Virus record (IMG/VR): IMGVR_UViG_3300020434_000055
Direction: 5' to 3' (one strand)
DNA: 64,000 bases
Source of the DNA: a virus
Lineage: Duplodnaviria > Caudoviricetes
The translations under genes and the position numbers were made by a program. Positions 1 to 8,952 of this stretch are shown piece after piece (the stretch's first letter is position 1; every line of letters begins with the position of its first letter). The notes under the pieces are model-generated. The model worked only from the letters and a program-made list of their open reading frames with translations. It had not been told where the DNA came from and ran no database searches.

Positions 1-24
1 AGCAGGAGCATAAATATCGTTACA

Positions 25-264
25 ATGATATTACGAGAGCTATTCTATTTTGATAAAGATTCTTTACAACCTGTAGATCAAAAAAACTACGAGGCGGGTG
101 ATGATGATTCTATATTAGATATAGATGATACTAGAAAAACTAGACTAACTCTTAAACAAATCAACAAAGCACGAAGAGCCGGTGAGTTTCATAAAGAAGA
201 ACAAGAGAAAGAATTAGATTTTGTTAGAACAATGTACGGCGCGGCAAATCAACCAGAGATGTAA
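25..264 (+). CDS. Hypothetical phage protein, late-gene context
   Basis: 79-aa ORF preceded by TAAATA (11-16); no recognisable family. Confidence 0.6.
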   Translation: MILRELFYFDKDSLQPVDQKNYEAGDDDSILDIDDTRKTRLTLKQINKARRAGEFHKEEQEKELDFVRTMYGAANQPEM

Positions 265-267
265 TCA

Positions 268-858
268 ATGTCCATTGCTTTTGTATTAGGCAATGGTATG
301 AGTCGGAAGGTAATTCCGCTAGAACCTTTGCGTGAAATAGGTAAACTCTACGGTTGTAATGCAATCTATCGAAATTTTACTCCTGACTATCTTATTGCAG
401 TAGATTCTAAAATGGTGTTTGAAATCTGCGAAAAAGACATTCATCATAAAATAGAAACCTGGACTAATCCTAATAGATCATATAAACGATTCCAAAAATT
501 AAATTTCTTTTCACCTAGCTTAGGTTGGAGCTCTGGACCTACTGCTCTTGGACTGGCTAGTAAGCATGGTCATAAGGTAATTTATATCCTAGGCTTTGAT
601 TTCCACGGATCTCCTAGTGGTAAAATGAATAACATATACGCAGATAGTAAAAATTATAAAAAGAGTTCAGACGTAGCAACATATCACGGAAATTGGAACA
701 GGCAAACTTGTATAACTTTACAAAAAAATCCGTCCAAAGAGTATATTAGAGTGGTCAGTGATAGAACATTAGAAGATTTTAAAACAAAAGATCTCGAAAA
801 ATTTGCAAATTATCGAGAAATAACTGTCTCCAAGTTTAAAGAAAAGTACCATCTGTAA
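268..858 (+). CDS. MptE-like / MAF (DUF115)-like Rossmann protein, possibly glycosyltransferase-related
   Basis: Motifs AFVLGNGMSR, YGCNAIY, DYLIAVD, SSGPTALGLA and IYILGFD resemble the DUF115/MptE/CstII-like fold. Confidence 0.45.
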   Translation: MSIAFVLGNGMSRKVIPLEPLREIGKLYGCNAIYRNFTPDYLIAVDSKMVFEICEKDIHHKIETWTNPNRSYKRFQKLNFFSPSLGWSSGPTALGLASKHGHKVIYILGFDFHGSPSGKMNNIYADSKNYKKSSDVATYHGNWNRQTCITLQKNPSKEYIRVVSDRTLEDFKTKDLEKFANYREITVSKFKEKYHL

Positions 859-964
859 AATTTGTTCAAAAAAGGGCCTTTTGGGCCTAAATCTACTCGT
901 ATTTGCCCATTTAGAGTAAATAAATGGACGGACAGTCTAAAGAATCACTTAAAGGAGAAAACTA

Positions 965-2038
965 ATGTCAGATAAAAAAGAAACGGCTACTCCTGTTGAG
1001 TCAAAAAGCAAATTTGAGCAAATGCTCGAAAAAGTTGTTGCGGATGACAGAACAGGTGCGGACGACATATTCCACGAAATCGTGGTAGAAAAATCAAGAA
1101 AAATTTACGAAGACCTCTTAGAAGATGACATCAAAGAAGTTGATGTTCCTGAGGCTAGTAAGGACGAAAAAACAGCAGAAGCTACAACTACTGAAGCTAC
1201 AAAAGAAGACAAAGCTGAAGAAAAAGCAGATGCTAAAGAAGAAGATACAAAAGAAGCTACAAAAGAAGACGACAAGAAAGATGAAGAAGTAAAAGAAAAG
1301 TCTAAAGAAGATCAAAAAGACGAAAAAGCAACTTCAGAAACACTTGTTGACATTCAACCAGTAGAACAACCACAAAAGGTTGAACTGGCACCAGTAGCAA
1401 CACCAACACCAACAGAAGATGGCATAGGCGGTGACGCAACAGACGACATGGTCGGTGACATTGAAGTTGATAAAGACAATGGCGACGAAGCGCCTTCAGA
1501 TGGTGAAGACCTTGAAGATCGTGTAGTTGACCTTGAAGATGCAATTGACGAGCTAAAAGCTGAATTTGACGCAATGATGTCAGATGGTGGCGATGACGCA
1601 GAAGCTCCAGCAGACGACGAAGCTGGTGACGATGAAGAAGGCTCTGATGATGCAGAGGAAGAAGGTAATTTACCTACTTCCGAACTTGGAAGCGAAGAAC
1701 AAAAGATCGTTCCTAGAGTAGAAAGCAAACAAGCACAAGCTAAATCCCCTAGAGAAGAAATGAGAGAGTATGTTAATAAAGTATCAGCTAAAACATCTGA
1801 TGGTACAGACAATAGCAAATCTCCAGTTGCATCTAAAGGTGGAGCAAGTACAACTGAAGCTTCAGGTGTGAAAATATCTGGATCTGAAGAAAAAGGTGGA
1901 AAAGCGCCTAAGGCAAAACAAGAAGATGCTGGAAACGTTAATAAACCTGGTGCGAGTGCGGCTAAACTACACGCGGCCAAAGGCTCAACAGCTGACGGAA
2001 CTGATGGTTCTAGTAATAAATCAGCTATTGGCAGTTAA
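965..2038 (+). CDS. Highly acidic low-complexity prohead core/scaffold-type protein
   Basis: D/E-rich middle, K/G/S/A-rich C-terminus, strong RBS (AAGGAG), directly upstream of the prohead protease. Confidence 0.55.
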   Translation: MSDKKETATPVESKSKFEQMLEKVVADDRTGADDIFHEIVVEKSRKIYEDLLEDDIKEVDVPEASKDEKTAEATTTEATKEDKAEEKADAKEEDTKEATKEDDKKDEEVKEKSKEDQKDEKATSETLVDIQPVEQPQKVELAPVATPTPTEDGIGGDATDDMVGDIEVDKDNGDEAPSDGEDLEDRVVDLEDAIDELKAEFDAMMSDGGDDAEAPADDEAGDDEEGSDDAEEEGNLPTSELGSEEQKIVPRVESKQAQAKSPREEMREYVNKVSAKTSDGTDNSKSPVASKGGASTTEASGVKISGSEEKGGKAPKAKQEDAGNVNKPGASAAKLHAAKGSTADGTDGSSNKSAIGS

Positions 2039-2061
2039 TAAACTAGTAGGACATAGTATTG

Positions 2062-2694
2062 ATGATATCATTACGTGAGACGCTGACTTTCGACCAAGCT
2101 AAGATAGTCGTTGAAACGAAGGAAGAAAATAACGGGAAGTCCTTATACATGAAGGGCATTTGCATTCAAGGTGGTGTGAAAAACGCTAACCAAAGATTGT
2201 ACCCTGTAAGTGAAATCCATCGGGCTGTCAGTACACTTAACGACCAAATCGAGGGCGGTTATTCAGTGTTAGGCGAAGTGGATCATCCAGAAGGTCTTAC
2301 TATTAATTTGGATCGTGTTAGTCACATGGTTAATTCTATGTGGATGGACGGACCTAATGGTTACGGAAAATTAAAAGTATTACCAACGCCGATGGGACAA
2401 CTAGTAAAAACAATGCTTGAAAGCGGAGTTAAATTAGGAGTTTCATCGCGTGGTAGTGGTAACGTAAAAGAAGACGGCATGGGACCTTATGGTTCAGGTG
2501 AAGTAAATGACTTTGAAATTATCACAGTTGATATCGTAGCTCAACCAAGTGCTCCGGGAGCCTATCCAACTCCCATTTATGAGCATTTGTTAAATTCAAA
2601 AGGTGGATATAAGGCTTTAAATTTGGCAAGAGATAATGAGGCACAGAATTACTTAAAGGATAACTTGATTAATATAATCAACAAACTCCAATAA
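2062..2694 (+). CDS. gp21: Prohead core protease (T4 gp21-like)
   Basis: NANQRLYP, LGEVDHP, VSHM, LGVSSRGSG and DIVAQPSAPGA motifs. ATG at 2062 preferred to TTG at 2059. Confidence 0.92.
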   Translation: MISLRETLTFDQAKIVVETKEENNGKSLYMKGICIQGGVKNANQRLYPVSEIHRAVSTLNDQIEGGYSVLGEVDHPEGLTINLDRVSHMVNSMWMDGPNGYGKLKVLPTPMGQLVKTMLESGVKLGVSSRGSGNVKEDGMGPYGSGEVNDFEIITVDIVAQPSAPGAYPTPIYEHLLNSKGGYKALNLARDNEAQNYLKDNLINIINKLQ

Positions 2695-2714
2695 AAAAAA
2701 AGGAGACAACAATA

Positions 2715-3806
2715 ATGTTAGATGCACTGAAATCACTTTTTGAGAACGAAGCAATTTCGAAAGAGATCAGAGCGGAAATAGAATCAGCATGGGACAAAAA
2801 GATTGGTGAAAACCGTCTTGAAGTTACTGCGGAACTTAGAGAAGAGTTTGCAAAGAAGTATGAGCACGATAAAGCAACATTAACTGATGCCTTAGATGCC
2901 ATGGTTCAAGAAAAACTTGAAAAAGAAATCGCAGAGTTCGCCGATGACCGTAAACAACTTGCAGAGCAAAAAGCCAAGTATGCGGTTCATATGAAAGAAC
3001 ATTCAGATAGATTGAAAGCATTTGTTTTCGAACAATTAAAATCTGAAATTGCTGAATTACACGAAGACCAAAAAGTTATGGCAACTAATTTTGCTAAACT
3101 TGAGGACTTTGTGGTAGACGCTTTATCTAAAGAAATAGCGGAATTCCACGAAGATAAGAAAGACGTAACTGAAACAAAGGTACGTTTAATTCGTGAAGCA
3201 AAAGCACATTTTGAAAAAGTTAGACAAAAATTTATTCAGAAAGGTGCTTCAAAAGTATCAGAAATAGTTGGCAGACACTTGAAAAAAGAAATCAGCCAAT
3301 TAAAAGACGATATTGATGCATCACGTAAAAATGACTTTGGTCGTAGGTTGTTTGAGTCTTATGCACAAGAATATACTAATTCATTCTTGAATAGCAAATC
3401 TGAAACAGCTAAACTTTTAAAAGTTGTAGACGTAACAAAACAACAATTAGAAGACGCGAAAAGCACAGCCAACGAGAAAGAAAAAATCATCGATTCTAAA
3501 CAAGTTGAAATTGATGGTCTTAAAACTAAGGCTGAAAGAGAAGCTGTAGTTAACGAGTTAGTTAATCCGTTGAATACAGAACAAAAAGAAATAATGACAA
3601 ACTTACTGGAAAGCGTATCTACTGGAAAATTGCGTAAGCAATTTGACAAGTATATGCCCTCTGTAATAAATGGTAGGAGTCCAGCGAAAAAGGCAAGTTC
3701 AACTATAGGCACAGAAGTAACAGGCGACAAAATTCAAACAAACATTGGTAATGCGAGTCAATTCAATAGAAATATTGTAGATATAAAAAGACTTGCAGGA
3801 ATCTAA
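2715..3806 (+). CDS. Prohead scaffold protein (T4 gp22-like)
   Basis: Long charged coiled-coil between protease and major capsid; C-terminal IKRLAGI typical of this position. Confidence 0.8.
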   Translation: MLDALKSLFENEAISKEIRAEIESAWDKKIGENRLEVTAELREEFAKKYEHDKATLTDALDAMVQEKLEKEIAEFADDRKQLAEQKAKYAVHMKEHSDRLKAFVFEQLKSEIAELHEDQKVMATNFAKLEDFVVDALSKEIAEFHEDKKDVTETKVRLIREAKAHFEKVRQKFIQKGASKVSEIVGRHLKKEISQLKDDIDASRKNDFGRRLFESYAQEYTNSFLNSKSETAKLLKVVDVTKQQLEDAKSTANEKEKIIDSKQVEIDGLKTKAEREAVVNELVNPLNTEQKEIMTNLLESVSTGKLRKQFDKYMPSVINGRSPAKKASSTIGTEVTGDKIQTNIGNASQFNRNIVDIKRLAGI

Positions 3807-3822
3807 AAAGGAGAAAAATACA

Positions 3823-4986
3823 ATGTCAGAACTAACAGAAACTCGCTGGCAGGATACAAAGAGTGCGTTACTAGAAGGCCTATCAGGCAATAAAAAGTCT
3901 GTAATGGAAGCAACTTTAGAAAATACTAGAAAGTATATTTCTGAGGCGGCTACAGCTGGAGCAACTTCGGCTGGTAACGTAGCAACTTTAAATAGAGTGA
4001 TCCTACCGGTGATAAGACGGGTTATGCCGACTGTAATAGCTAACGAATTGGTTGGAGTTCAACCAATGACTGGCCCAGTTGGACAAATCCACACACTAAG
4101 AGTGAGATATGCTGATACAACAACAGGTGGTAGCACAACTACTACTGCTGGTGAAGAAGCACTATCTCCGTTTAAGATAGCAGAAGCTTATTCTGGAGCA
4201 AATCCATCTAATGCGGCATCAACAGCCACTTTAGAAGGTACTGCAGGTAAGAGGCTATCAATTCAAATCTTGAAACAGGTTGTAGAAGCCAAAACTAGAA
4301 AACTATCAGCTAGATGGACTTTTGAATCTGCTCAAGATGCTCAAGCACAACAAGGCGTTGACGTTGAAGCGGAAATCATGGCGGCATTAGCACAAGAAAT
4401 TACTGCTGAAATCGACCAAGAAGTAATAGGTTCTCTAAGAACTTTAGCTCCAACTGAAGAAACGTACAATCAAGCATCTGTATCAGGAACTGCTACATTT
4501 GTTGGTGATGAACACGCCGCTTTAGCTGTGTTAATTAACAGAGTAGCAAATAAAATAGCTCAACGTACAAGACGTGGTGCTGGTAACTGGACTGTTGTAA
4601 GTCCACAAGCACTTACAGTACTTCAATCAGCAACAACTTCAGCGTTCGCAAGAACAACTGAAGGAACTTTTGAAGCGCCAACTAACCAAAAATTAGTAGG
4701 AACTTTGAATGGCTCGATGAAGGTGTACGCTGACACATACGCGGCTGACGATACGGCTGTATTAGTAGGATATAAAGGCTCATCTGAAGCAGATGCCGCC
4801 GCTTTCTACTGCCCATACATTCCGTTAATGTCTTCAGGCGTTGTACTTGATCCAGGTACTTTCGAACCAGTTGTATCTTTTATGACTAGATACGGCTACG
4901 TAGAATTGTCAAACACTGCATCTTCACTAGGAAATGCGGCTGACTACTTGGGTGAAATCTCTGTAACAGGAGTTACATTCCAATAA
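3823..4986 (+). CDS. gp23: Major capsid protein (T4 gp23-like)
   Basis: LPVIRRVMPTVIANELVGVQPMTGPVGQIHTLR, KTRKLSARWT and FYCPYIPL/MTRYG motifs. Start moved to ATG 3823, downstream of AAGGAG (3808-3813). Confidence 0.97.
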   Translation: MSELTETRWQDTKSALLEGLSGNKKSVMEATLENTRKYISEAATAGATSAGNVATLNRVILPVIRRVMPTVIANELVGVQPMTGPVGQIHTLRVRYADTTTGGSTTTTAGEEALSPFKIAEAYSGANPSNAASTATLEGTAGKRLSIQILKQVVEAKTRKLSARWTFESAQDAQAQQGVDVEAEIMAALAQEITAEIDQEVIGSLRTLAPTEETYNQASVSGTATFVGDEHAALAVLINRVANKIAQRTRRGAGNWTVVSPQALTVLQSATTSAFARTTEGTFEAPTNQKLVGTLNGSMKVYADTYAADDTAVLVGYKGSSEADAAAFYCPYIPLMSSGVVLDPGTFEPVVSFMTRYGYVELSNTASSLGNAADYLGEISVTGVTFQ

Positions 4987-5014
4987 GGATTGAGTAAATT
5001 AATTAAACAATACG

Positions 5015-5043
5015 AAAAAAGGCGGCTTTATGTCGCCTTTTTT
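5015..5043. terminator. Rho-independent terminator, probably bidirectional
   Basis: A6-GGCGGC-TTTAT-GTCGCC-T6 just after the capsid gene. Confidence 0.85.
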
Positions 5044-5214
5044 CATGACTTCTTCATCAATTTCTAACATAGTTTTATACTAACATAATATTTTTATCCA
5101 TTAATTGCGGCATCTGTCAAAAATATAGTAGTTTTACTTCTAAAACTCTATACCTAAATAATGTCACGTTCCCAAGTTTTGGGAAAGTACTTTAAACGAA
5201 AAGGGAGGTCCATT

Positions 5215-5448
5215 ATGGATATTCTTAATAAAGTTAAAGGATGGGCAAAAGCATTAACCGATTTAGGCATAAGTTTACTTGCCATGGGAATCGTTTTTGA
5301 AATCCTATTCAACGGTCAAGGTATTCCGTTCTGGCCACACATTTCTGTGATAGGAAATGTTCAGGGCGTATTGCAAGGTTTTTCAGATCAAGGTCTGATG
5401 GGCTTGGTAGCAATATGGGTACTATATCATATCTTCAACAAGAAATAA
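5215..5448 (+). CDS. Small two-helix membrane protein (77 aa)
   Basis: ATG 5215 follows GGGAGG; two hydrophobic segments; resembles small conserved proteins I associate with SAR11-type genomes (unverified). Confidence 0.7.
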   Translation: MDILNKVKGWAKALTDLGISLLAMGIVFEILFNGQGIPFWPHISVIGNVQGVLQGFSDQGLMGLVAIWVLYHIFNKK

Positions 5449-5475
5449 TATAGACATTTAGAATACTAACCTAAT

Positions 5476-5505
5476 CTTGGGTGGCGCTTCGATGTGCCAC
5501 CTAAG
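5476..5505 (+). terminator. Strong hairpin, possible terminator or RNA stabiliser
   Basis: CTTGGGTGGCGC-TTCGAT-GTGCCACCTAAG stem; no clear U-tract. Confidence 0.5.
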
Positions 5506-5624
5506 CCATTAATTATGATTACACTATTCATTTTATCTAAATTCGGAATCCAAATTTCAATATTTGTAATATTCACCAACATATTATCTAGCATATTAGG
5601 GTTTACTTTTTGGTAAATCAAAAC

Positions 5625-5652
5625 TTGACTTTTTACCAAAATACGTTATAAT
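5625..5652 (+). promoter_or_regulatory. Sigma70-type promoter, likely leaderless transcript
   Basis: TTGACT (5625-5630), 16-nt spacer, TATAAT (5647-5652); ATG at 5659, no RBS. Confidence 0.7.
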
Positions 5653-5658
5653 GTAACT

Positions 5659-5850
5659 ATGAAAACAATAGCTACATTATTTCTTTCATTGTTTGTACTA
5701 ACAGCTTGTTCAGTAAAAAATCCTGCATTAGATTTAGGCAAAAGATGTATGCAAAAAGGTGATCAAATTGTATATTCTTATCTTTGGGTTTATGACAAAG
5801 AAGCTGGAAATAAAGCAACAAAAGAAATGTGCGATCAAATCGCAGAATAA
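5659..5850 (+). CDS. Small lipoprotein
   Basis: MKT N-terminus, hydrophobic core and lipobox LTAC; two further Cys. Confidence 0.7.
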   Translation: MKTIATLFLSLFVLTACSVKNPALDLGKRCMQKGDQIVYSYLWVYDKEAGNKATKEMCDQIAE

Positions 5851-5856
5851 AAATAA

Positions 5857-6666
5857 ATGGAATTAATCCAGCCCATCTTTGTCAACCAATCTGGTGAAAC
5901 ATATGAGGCTGGGTTAGGTCCAGACAATTCAAGTTATAGTCTTAAAGACATTAATAACAAAATTCAACAAGATATAAACGAAGGTGGAGAATCTTTTTTA
6001 CTATTCGTAGTCCCAAATAAAAAAACAAAAAATCCTGATTGGAAATTTAATGGTGAAGTAGTATCTCAAATTAAATCTAAATTTGGAAGTAAAGTAGAAT
6101 TGTTTACAGATATTTGTTTATGTTCTACAATGACAGATGGTCATTGTTGTGTAATAGATAATCCTAAAAAGACAGAAGAATTATTACAAAATCTTGCAAG
6201 TGTTTATTATAAAGCAGGTGCAGATTCTTTAGCCCCTTCTGATATGCAACCAAATACAGTTAAAAATATTAAACAAGAATTCCCTAAAGCTCACGTAACA
6301 AGTTATTCCACAAAATTTCGTAGTTCATTTTATAAAGGATTTAGACAAATTGCTGACAGTTCACCTAGTTCAAAAAGATTTTATCAATTAGATGTATCAA
6401 ATGCAGGAGCGGCCATTCAAAGTTCTATAAAATATGATAAAGACGGAGCAGATTTTTTAATGGTTAAGCCAGCAATGACATCATTGGATTTAATTGACAA
6501 AATAAAAATGGCTACACATAAGCCAGTAGGTGCATTTCAAGTATCTGGAGAGTATCTTGGACTAGCTGATGACGATCAATTGCTAGAAACCTATAAAGTG
6601 ATGAAAAGAGCCGAAATTGACTTTTTAATCTCATATGGTGCTAGAAAACTACTAAAACTGCTATAA
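5857..6666 (+). CDS. hemB: Porphobilinogen synthase (ALA dehydratase), short form
   Basis: DICLCSTMTDGHCC Zn motif, APSDM, SYSTKF and MVKPA (two Schiff-base Lys), YQLD, AFQVSGEY. Confidence 0.93.
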   Translation: MELIQPIFVNQSGETYEAGLGPDNSSYSLKDINNKIQQDINEGGESFLLFVVPNKKTKNPDWKFNGEVVSQIKSKFGSKVELFTDICLCSTMTDGHCCVIDNPKKTEELLQNLASVYYKAGADSLAPSDMQPNTVKNIKQEFPKAHVTSYSTKFRSSFYKGFRQIADSSPSSKRFYQLDVSNAGAAIQSSIKYDKDGADFLMVKPAMTSLDLIDKIKMATHKPVGAFQVSGEYLGLADDDQLLETYKVMKRAEIDFLISYGARKLLKLL

Positions 6667-6692
6667 TATTTTTATTGCTAGTAAATATTTGT

Positions 6693-6977
6693 ATGATACA
6701 AGAAATTGAAACAGAAGAACTATACAATCAGTATACAGAATACAGAAACAGACTAAATGTTTGGAAGAAAAACCATGGTTTGTTTATCAATGATATTATA
6801 AAATTAGAGAAGCACTTAGACAAATTATTAAATGAAAGACTAGATCATTTAATAATGTTAAGGCAAACTAAAAGACAAATGTACCAAGAACGTGCTGATC
6901 AAAAATTAATAGAAGCAATCAAATCCTTAAAATATTTCAGTAAAATAGAACTATTAGCCTCCCTTTCAAAGAACTAA
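6693..6977 (+). CDS. Hypothetical coiled-coil protein
   Basis: ATG 6693 follows TAAATA (6682-6687); helical charged sequence. Confidence 0.55.
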   Translation: MIQEIETEELYNQYTEYRNRLNVWKKNHGLFINDIIKLEKHLDKLLNERLDHLIMLRQTKRQMYQERADQKLIEAIKSLKYFSKIELLASLSKN

Positions 6978-7057
6978 ATACACTTGAACTAGACGCCTTG
7001 TCTGGTCTTATGCGGACAGAACCGCGTATAACATAGAACGTTAAAGGGAGAAAAAAA

Positions 7058-7495
7058 ATGGGAAGACCTCTAAGAGAAGCAAAAGTAGTAGTGGGAGACA
7101 CAGGTAGTACAACTAAAACTGGTCCAACAGGAACAGTATCAGTTGCAGGTGAACAAATTACTATGGACGCTCATATCGGTGGTAGCTCAGCGACAGCTAC
7201 AGCAATGACACAAGTATCAAGTCGTAGATTTAATATTACCAACGCTGGTGGTACTAAAGTTTGTACATTAACAGCAAAGGCATCAAATGCCATTGCGAAT
7301 GGTGAATGTATGCTTTTGCTAACAGATAGTCAAAGTAAAACATATTACGCAAGTAAAATTACGCAAAATTTTGTAACTATTGGCGCACTAGGTACAGGCT
7401 CACCAACTCAATTCGCAGTCGGTACTAGAGTAAAATGGGTAGATGATCAAACATCAGCAACAGTAGATGAAACTGTACAAGTTCCAACTGCTTAA
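7058..7495 (+). CDS. Probable abundant virion protein (MGRP-type, copy 1)
   Basis: Strong RBS GGGAG, structured leader, own terminator, T/G/A-rich beta composition. Confidence 0.55.
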   Translation: MGRPLREAKVVVGDTGSTTKTGPTGTVSVAGEQITMDAHIGGSSATATAMTQVSSRRFNITNAGGTKVCTLTAKASNAIANGECMLLLTDSQSKTYYASKITQNFVTIGALGTGSPTQFAVGTRVKWVDDQTSATVDETVQVPTA

Positions 7496-7523
7496 TAATT
7501 AATTTAAAATAGCAACACACTCT

Positions 7524-7552
7524 AAGGGGAAGTTTTTACACTTCCCCTTTTT
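7524..7552 (+). terminator. Rho-independent terminator
   Basis: AAGGGGAAGT-TTTTAC-ACTTCCCCTT followed by T-run. Confidence 0.85.
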
Positions 7553-7580
7553 GCATAAATAAGTATAATATAATAAGAAT

Positions 7581-7958
7581 ATGGGTAGACCGGTTAATAA
7601 ACGTAATTTTGGACGAATAGATGGCTCAGACAATAATTTTGTTGTCACAGTCAAAGTCGGTTCAAATGCCGTTTCAGCCGTAGGAATTATTAAAAGACAG
7701 CGTGGGTCTAATAAATTTATGGTAGATGACGCAAATAATGATTCCGGTAATGAAGGAGTATGTAGGTTGGTAGACAAAGATATTAATGATTTGAATAATG
7801 ATGAAATGTCTTTAACAGGTTACATAGCTGGAGCCGGTAACGGAGTTAGACTTAGAAAAGTGTTTAATAGAACCGCAAGTGACTTTTCAGGTGTCCGTTA
7901 TAAGTGGTCAATAACAGATGATTCCACTTCTAGCCAAATGGTTTTAACAGCGGTATAG
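7581..7958 (+). CDS. Probable virion protein (MGRP-type, copy 2)
   Basis: Starts MGRP like 7058; preceded by TAAATA (7556-7561). Confidence 0.55.
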   Translation: MGRPVNKRNFGRIDGSDNNFVVTVKVGSNAVSAVGIIKRQRGSNKFMVDDANNDSGNEGVCRLVDKDINDLNNDEMSLTGYIAGAGNGVRLRKVFNRTASDFSGVRYKWSITDDSTSSQMVLTAV

Positions 7959-7968
7959 GGATTTATAA

Positions 7969-8943
7969 ATGTCAAGATTTGTTACAGTACCAAATGGTGA
8001 TTATAAAATAAAAGTTCAATCTGGAGGAGAAATTACTTTAGATACTGGTGTAACAACTGGTGCTGTTAGAGTAACAGGTGACTTAATTATCGAAGGTACA
8101 AGAACTCAAGTAACGTCAAATGAATTATCTGTTAAAGATAATATTATAGAAGTTAACAGTGGTGAAAATGGCGTAGGTGTAACACTTCTTCAAGCAGGAT
8201 TAAGAATAGACAGAGGTAGTTTAGTTGATACTCAAATACTATTTGACGAACAATTATCTTGGAATAATCCTGATAATCAAACAGTTCAAACAGGTGCTTT
8301 TACATTTGTTGATGTAAATGGAGCATTACTAGGTTTAAGAACTAATAGTATTAGTACTGGTGGAGCACTTTATTTTCAACCAGGTGGAAGTGGTTCTATT
8401 AGAATAATTAAAACAAATTATGAAACTTACGTAACAGACAATAATGATATTCCAAATAAAAAATTCGTTGATGATGAAATTTTAGGTGCAATTCAAAATT
8501 TATCTTATCCATTTATTGCAAATCAAGATTCAGAAATAAGAATTACTGACGGTACAAATCTTTCAAGTGATATTAGCTTTAAAATTGATGGTGTATTAAA
8601 AGCTAAAATGACTGACAACTGGTTTCAAATGTATAATACTACAGTTGATATAGGTCAAATTAGAATAGAAGATAATATTATATCTAATACTGTAAGTAAT
8701 GGTGATTTAAAAATTCATGCACCAGGTACAGGTTCAGTAAAAGTAGATGACTCTTTCACAATTACACATACACCTGGCGTATTAGACCCTGCTACAGACC
8801 CAGCATATGATACTGAAGGTGTTAAATTATATGCTAAATTGCCAGCAGGCGGTAATACTGGGCTATATTATGTAAATACAAATAATGAAAGAGATGAAGT
8901 AATTGGTAGAAATAGATCATTGCTTTTTAGCATGATGTTTTAA
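7969..8943 (+). CDS. Baseplate/tail structural protein
   Basis: Beta-rich, GDLIIEGT..VKDNIIEVN fibre-type motif; located in the tail cluster. Confidence 0.55.
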   Translation: MSRFVTVPNGDYKIKVQSGGEITLDTGVTTGAVRVTGDLIIEGTRTQVTSNELSVKDNIIEVNSGENGVGVTLLQAGLRIDRGSLVDTQILFDEQLSWNNPDNQTVQTGAFTFVDVNGALLGLRTNSISTGGALYFQPGGSGSIRIIKTNYETYVTDNNDIPNKKFVDDEILGAIQNLSYPFIANQDSEIRITDGTNLSSDISFKIDGVLKAKMTDNWFQMYNTTVDIGQIRIEDNIISNTVSNGDLKIHAPGTGSVKVDDSFTITHTPGVLDPATDPAYDTEGVKLYAKLPAGGNTGLYYVNTNNERDEVIGRNRSLLFSMMF

Positions 8944-8952
8944 GGATAAAAG

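Noticed and set aside
3793-3822. Longer N-termini given by the ORF track for the capsid, 5161, 52581 (from 53423) and 58477 ORFs
   Set aside because: Downstream ATGs have better RBS or stop/start coupling and match family N-termini; the extensions overlap other genes or promoters.
4987-5660. tRNA or other known RNA gene in the larger intergenic gaps
   Set aside because: No cloverleaf, T-loop (GTTCRA) context or CCA end recognised; only simple hairpins.
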